Below, piece by piece: positions 57,640 through 64,000 of a stretch of 64,000 nucleotides of DNA. This stretch comes from Eledone cirrhosa (Eukaryota): the NCBI GenBank assembly GCA_964016885.1, contig OZ024751.1, forward strand, positions 28,520,001 to 28,584,000. The letters run 5' to 3'. The notes below the pieces were generated by a model. It saw nothing but the letters and a program-made list of their open reading frames with translations. It did not search any database and was not told the DNA's origin. Position 1 is the stretch's first letter. Each line of letters starts with the position of its first letter. Both the position numbers and the translations under genes were made by a program.

Positions 57640-57830
57640 TTATTGCCAGTATCGGTAGCGGATCGGACGCCATGCTTTACAGCATAGAGTTACTACCCTT
57701 TACTGTCTGAGTCCAAATCCTGCCGAGGTTAACTTTGCCTTTCATCCTTACGGGGGTCGATAAAATAAAGTACCAGTAATGCACTGGGTAATTGCTGGCC
57801 TTGTGCCAAAAATAGAAACAATTATTATTA
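57640..57830 (+). mobile_element. SINE S1
   Basis: Matches the S1 body and lies directly after the (ATT)n tail of a Tx1-like 3' tip. Confidence 0.8.
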
Positions 57831-58100
57831 GAAGTAGTAGTATTTTGCAATAATCTTGTATTTTTTGTTTTTGTTTCACCAGAGTAACATTACTTAGCAA
57901 AAGTAGATATTCCTTACTGTTGGAAATTATTTAGAAAAACAATTTCATTTCATGGATTAGTTCTCAATCCACAAACACAAACAAACATATTTATATGTCA
58001 ACAACATACACAAGGTCAAAATAACAGGGAGCATATATATATGTATATATATATATATTATAATGGTCCTTGTAATATATTTTATATATATAGTGTATAT

Positions 58101-58194
<94 letters not shown>

Positions 58195-58621
58195 GAGTGT
58201 TTTCAGGCAGGCAAAGTAAAAACCAATTCATTGTTTATTTAAGGGGAATAGATACCAGGAAGGAGGTGGAGTGGATGGGTGGGAAGAAGCAGATAATGAA
58301 ATTATATTTAAAAAAAAAACAAAAAAAAAAACTCAACTATTTTTATCATTTATATAAAAGAGATTAAAAAAGGGAAGAATTAATTTTTCTAATGGAAGAA
58401 CATTGTTGTTGTTGTTGTTGTGGTTGTTATTTTAACATCCTGAAATGTTGACATAGATGGGTTTAAAATGAAAGAGAAATCACATAATTCCAAACAACAA
58501 CCACAACAACAAAAATAACAAACAAGAGCCAGCGATGTTTGCGGGGGAAAGGAAAAATCAATTAAGTTGACTGGTATTTTAATTTATTGACCCCTTCCCC
58601 ACAAGAAAATGAAAGGCAAAG

Positions 58622-58744
58622 CTGGAAGAAATTGACAGTGCTTAGACCTGGAGAGGGGCTGGGCTCGGTTAAGTACAATGTGTAATTGTGCATTTTTAAA
58701 ACTTAGCAGAGCCCAGCCCCTCTCCAGGAGTCAATTTCTTCCAG
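58622..58744. other. GC-rich ~120-bp hairpin
   Basis: ctggaagaaattgac/gtcaatttcttccag (15 bp) and cctggagaggggctgggctc/gagcccagcccctctccagg (20 bp) are perfect inverted pairs. Confidence 0.8.
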
Positions 58745-59097
58745 AGTGAAAGCAGCGATTCTTTGCTTAAACTTTAATCTGTTATTTTAATAAATATATA
58801 TATTGTTATATTTGGGGAGGATCATATTGTTATAATATTGCCAGAAATAATAACAGAACACACTCACTGTTTGGTTGGTTTTCGCTTCCGTATCTTTTAT
58901 ATCTCCATAGTTAATTTATCTTTGATAGACTATATATATATATAAATTTATATCTGTATTTTTAACTGTTGGTCAATCAATGATAAACATTGATTGCCAG
59001 AATAATAATAATAATATATATATATATATAAGACCCGTCCCACCCTTGCAAGCAGGGAAAAGCGGACGTAAAATGATGATGATGATGATGATGATGA

Positions 59098-59181
<84 letters not shown>

Positions 59182-60029
59182 CAATCAATAAAGAAGGGTG
59201 AGAAAGAGATATAGGGGAAAAATCAACCCCAGTATTAGACTGGTACATTTTTTTATCAATCTTGAAAGAATAAAAGCAAAGTTGTCCTCGGTGGGTTTTG
59301 AACTCAGAGAAGACATTCAGTTGAGATGAATACTGCAAAGCATTCTATCCAACATTTCAATGACTCTGCCTGTATTAATTGAAAGAAGACAATTATATCA
59401 TTTATTTTATTCAGTTTTTTTTCTATCATTAATAATGAAAATGAAAATGTTGAATTATTCAACACCAATTAGACATAACGAAGCAACATTTTTTTAATTT
59501 TATATAAAGTCCATCAGAAGAATATTATTAAAACAAGGGCTCCGTTATATTCAAATGAGGTGGGGGAGGGGGGAGGGCTTTTGGCCTTCCCTATCTAAAA
59601 TATTTTTCTTTATTTTTATGTTTTATATTCACTTATCTCTATCTTCTTTTTTGTTTCTCAACTGTAAAAAGTACTAAATACTTCCCTTAGTCTCTCATGG
59701 CTTACTAGCTCTACACAGACGTTTAAATTGATTAAATGAATAAATAAATAAAGAGGAGAAAGAAAAGCTGGTGGTAAGCCAAGCGTGGTCATGGAGTTAA
59801 GAACTTTGATAAGTTCTGTTTCGATGGTTGGATACCCTTCCTAACACCAACCACACTCACTGTGTCCTACTTGGCTGGAAGACTTAATCAGTTGCTTGGT
59901 TTAACAACCACAACCACTACTTGGCCCCTGGATGTTTTTTTGCAGAGTACCTTCCTTTGAAAATATCTGGGCCAGGTTTCATGTTTGAGGATACATGCTT
60001 CCCTCCCTTTCTCCCCTCCTCCCACCTTC

Positions 60030-60160
60030 TTGAGGTTTCTGAAAATGTACATGGATACTGTTTCTTCCTCCTTACAAAAAAAAAAGTGATAATAGGTCTT
60101 TGCCCGATGTACCTCATATCATTGGATATAGTTTCAGGATTTCATGTTAGATGACACAAA
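60030..60160 (-). pseudogene. Possible degraded GIY-YIG endonuclease fragment (PLE-like)
   Basis: CVI*HEI (frameshift) TISNDMRYIGQ...F..R.K....TF resembles the VIY-x-YIG-x-R pattern. Requires one stop and one frameshift. Confidence 0.25.
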
Positions 60161-60526
60161 CAGTCACTTAAAATAAATACATAAATAAATAAATAATTTT
60201 TCTAAATAGCAGCTTGAATTTATTGTTGGTATATTTTTTTTTATTCTTCTTCTCACAAATGTCAATATATTGACCATTTCTGATGTTAATAATGAATACA
60301 AGTCAAAGAAATGACATAATTAGCAGCCAAACAACTCTTTTAGAAGAGGGTGGGGGCGGGGTGGGGAAGAGAGAGAGAGAGCGGAAGGGGGAAGAGAGCA
60401 GAAGGGAAAAACCCCCATTGCTTCATTGCCGTTACCTTCACCACCACAACTACCACCACACCACCAGCTTCAGAAATAGTACATATATGAAGTTGTAGGG
60501 TTATTAGCAACAGTAATGGGGGGGGG

Positions 60527-60575
<49 letters not shown>

Positions 60576-62024
60576 GGGAAACAGTCTTCCTCCCACTACA
60601 CCAGCTCCTCCCTCAGAAATGAGAAATAATTGAAGCTGTGGGCTTATTAGCAACAGTAATGATGTATTAAGGATTTTGTCCAGTAAGTCGCGAATTGATT
60701 TGCTAATAAGGTGAACCAAATAATGCAAATGAGAATTGGTGAGTGAGTCGGTCAGTGTGTGGTGGTGGTAGGGATGGGGTGGGTGACATGATGGTGATCG
60801 TAACAAGTAATTAGAGCCAGTAGTAATTATAGTCCTTCAAATGTCACCACAATCACCACTACTTTATATGGTCACTACAAAAAAAAAAAGAAAAAAAATC
60901 ACCACAATCACCTCCATCATCATCATCATCAACATCATCTAATGTTCACTTTCCCAAACTAATAAGGGTTGGACCATAATAACAAGCAAAGCAATACACA
61001 AAAAAAAAAAAAACTACAAACATTGTTCCTAACAACTTGTATTCAGGAAAAATATTATTTATGATAATTTTACAAAAAAATTTTTTTAATATGATAGCTG
61101 CAGCCTGATAATGACTGTCTTCCCCTGTGGATATTGCAGTCCGGTTATATAAACCAGGTTTCATTTATCTACAGAGGCATAATTTAAAAAATGATAATGG
61201 TTTCTGATTTAGGCACAAGGCCAACAATTTTGGGGGAGGAAAAAGGCATTATGGGTACAATATTTTCGTTTTTTACAGAATTTAAAAAACGATAATGATA
61301 ATTCTTACTAACATAGGCACAAGGCCAGCAATAAGTGTTTTATTTACAACTGGACTAAATTTGAGAACAAAAATAATAATGCTAAAAATAAAACCAATAG
61401 TTGAAATAAAAACAAAAACAAAACAAAACAAAATAAAAACAACACTGAAATATTGTTAAAGATTTTATTTAGAGTGGAATACACATACACATACATACAC
61501 TCATTCATAAACACACATACAGCTTACTCTTGCTTTGTGTGTTTGGTGTAACCCAGTCATTTGTCTTGAGATAATGGAGGAAGAGCAATCGGTGGAATTA
61601 CCTTTTAAAGTTCAGATCTAGCTGTCAAAATGGCCGGAGCTCAACCATCGGTGTCCTGACTCTTTTCCTATTACCCACTCTACTAACATTTAGCATCAAG
61701 TACTCTGGTGTGTTATGGTCCACCTGGTATCTAACCACACCTTCCTTGCATGGAAAATAAGAAGTTAAACGGTGATGATGATGATGATGATGATATATAT
61801 ACACACACATATATAAATATGTGTGTGTATATATATCATCATCATCATCATCACCGTTTAACTTCTTATTTTCTATGCTTGCATGGGTTTGAGGGGTTGT
61901 TCGTGTTATGTGGCCACCTGGTGGCCTTGAACCTTGTTGAAATAAAACTACATTTTGGCCAGGTCTTTTTACAGCTAGATGCCCTTTATAACACCAACTA
62001 CCTCTATATATGTATATATATGTG

Positions 62025-62362
62025 TAAAGGTGCATGGCTTAGTGGCTAGTGCATTGGGCTTGCAATTGAAAGGTTGTAAGCTCGATCCTCAGACTGGGTG
62101 GTGCGTTATGTCCTTGAGCATGACACTTTATTTTACATTGCTCCAGTTTACTTAGCTGTAGAAATGAGCTGCGAGGTCACTGGTACCAAGCTGTATAGGC
62201 CATAACCTTTTCCTTGGACATCATCGGTGGCTTAGAGAGGGGAGGCTGATATACATGGGTGACTGCTGGTCTTCCTCAAACAACCTTTCCTGGACTTGTG
62301 CCTCAGAGGGAAACTTTCTAGGTGCAAATCACATGGTCATTGGTGACCGAAGGGGGTCTTCG
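62025..62362 (+). mobile_element. CORE-type tRNA SINE (S2), apparently full length
   Basis: tggcttagtggctag A box, agctcgatcc B-box-like, CORE-like segment, own 3' region ending ggtgaccgaagggggtct. Confidence 0.85.
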
Positions 62363-62431
62363 GAGATATATATAAACATGTGTGTATATATCATCATCAT
62401 CATCATCTTCGTTTAACATCCATCTTCCACG

Positions 62432-62480
<49 letters not shown>

Positions 62481-62624
62481 TACATAAGCAGAAGGGATAT
62501 TCAATTTGTTGGTAATTCAACAAATATAAATGTTTATAACTGATTCAGAGCACTCAACGGATTTTCTGGAGTATAATATTCAATGATATTGAATAAATGG
62601 AAACTATATTTATAAAACCATATT

Positions 62625-62685
62625 TATTCTATTATATATATTTCAAGGGTTCCAAAATTTTGGTACGCTCTCATCAGATAAAATA
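62625..62685 (-). ncRNA. Minimal type I hammerhead ribozyme
   Basis: tattttat-CTGATGA-gagcgtaccaaaattttggaaccctt-GAAA-tatata-TA-atagaata on the minus strand. Confidence 0.82.
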
Positions 62686-62850
62686 CGAAGTGTGTTTTAT
62701 AAATTTTGACATAACCAAGGAAAATATACCTGAACAGTTCAAGTTTTCCTTAGATAGTCATCTTTCCTTAGATAGTCACTATCTAAGGAAAACTTGAACC
62801 TTTAAGGTATATTTTCCTTGGTTATGTCAAAATTTATAAAACACACTTCG

Positions 62851-62911
62851 TATTTTATCTGATGAGAGCGTTCCAAAATTTTGGAACCCTTGAAATGTAT
62901 ATAATAGAATA
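62851..62911 (+). ncRNA. Minimal type I hammerhead ribozyme
   Basis: tattttat-CTGATGA-gagcgttccaaaattttggaaccctt-GAAA-tgtata-TA-atagaata on the plus strand. Confidence 0.85.
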
Positions 62912-62975
62912 AATATGGTTTTATAAATATAGTTTCCATTTATTTAATATCATTGTACATATACATATATATATT

Positions 62976-63016
<41 letters not shown>

Positions 63017-63057
63017 TCAGTAGTAGTAGTATCAGTAGTAGTAGTAGTAGTAGTATC

Positions 63058-63118
<61 letters not shown>

Positions 63119-63623
63119 TCAGTAGTAGTAGTAGTAGTATCAGTAGTAGTAGTAGAAAAGCGAATGTTAATATAGTGATATGGTTTAATATTTTAAAACT
63201 CGACATGCATATGCTAAAATTTATTGACATGCACTGCATTCATGCATACATGCCTATGCACACATACACTTCCTTATACATATAGACTCACATACACATA
63301 TACATGTGTACGTATATATCACATACACAGCAAACACAAGGCAAATGGGAAATTAGATAAGTTCTTTTTTAAATTATATAAAAAATGGTAAAAATGGTAA
63401 ATCGAATGTTCATTGGAATATGATCGTGAGGTAACATGTATTATATTTATATACACACACACATACACATATATATGTATGTGTGTGTATGTATATATAT
63501 ACACATATATATACACATATATATACATACATACATACACTTATATATATATGTGTATGTATGTATATATATGTATATACATATATATATATACATACAT
63601 ACACATATATATGTATGTATGTT

Positions 63624-63654
<31 letters not shown>

Positions 63655-63655
<1 letters not shown>

Positions 63656-63768
63656 ACGAAGGAGTTGTGGTAAGGAACCAGATGGACCATAATGCACCAG
63701 AGTACTCAATACTCAAAATACGTCGAAATGGCTTGAGCTCTGCCGTCGGGGTCATACTTTCTCCTATA
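63655..63768. mobile_element. Family A fold-back element with centre collapsed
   Basis: Outer left arm is joined directly to the inner right arm (cgtcgaaatggcttgagctctgccgtcgggg). (TA)n flanks. Confidence 0.8.
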
Positions 63769-63818
63769 TATATATATATATATATACATACATACACATA
63801 TATATGTATGTATGTTTG

Positions 63819-63850
<32 letters not shown>

Positions 63851-64000
63851 CACAAACATACATACACATATATATGTATGTCTGTGTGTATATACATATA
63901 TATATGTATATACATATATACACTCCTATATGAGCAAGGCACGGTCACCTGACCGAACTTGCCTCTAATGGGACAACCCGTCTAACCCATGCTAGCATCG

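Larger units (their letters stand above)
62486..62956. mobile_element. Family B fold-back element with two inverted hammerheads
   Basis: 62581-62776 and 62779-62956 are reverse complements. The left arm continues to the element 3' end at (TA)n. Confidence 0.9.

Noticed and set aside
60680-60740. Octamer (ATGCAAAT)/homeobox enhancer-like island
   Set aside because: Short motifs are expected by chance in AT-rich DNA and cannot be supported without conservation data.

Overview
Gene-poor, AT-rich eukaryotic DNA full of microsatellites. The SINE/LINE repertoire suggests an octopus or other cephalopod intron/intergenic region (inference, not verified). I can support no intact host gene; almost all listed ORFs are microsatellite read-throughs. 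Real coding remnants are decayed non-LTR retrotransposons: L1/Tx1-clade (16.6-18.0 kb, 22.4-23.9 kb), R4/Dong-like with RT, CCHC and REL endonuclease (49.2-51.0 kb), RTE (51.9-54.6 kb, plus fragments at 3.5 and 24.7 kb), and possible Penelope-like (PLE) RT and GIY-YIG scraps. There are many tRNA-derived SINEs, several MITEs (piggyBac, hAT, mariner), minisatellites and one 200-N gap. The most striking signal is a set of at least five mutually unrelated short non-coding element families. They sit in (TA)n tracts, several carry minimal type-I hammerhead ribozyme motifs (clearest at 10217-10277, 62625-62685 and 62851-62911, with compensatory stem changes), and they often occur as self-templated fold-back palindromes. 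I read this as a PLE/retrozyme-like, microsatellite-targeted system. All alignments and folds were done by eye, so coordinates of degenerate repeats are approximate.
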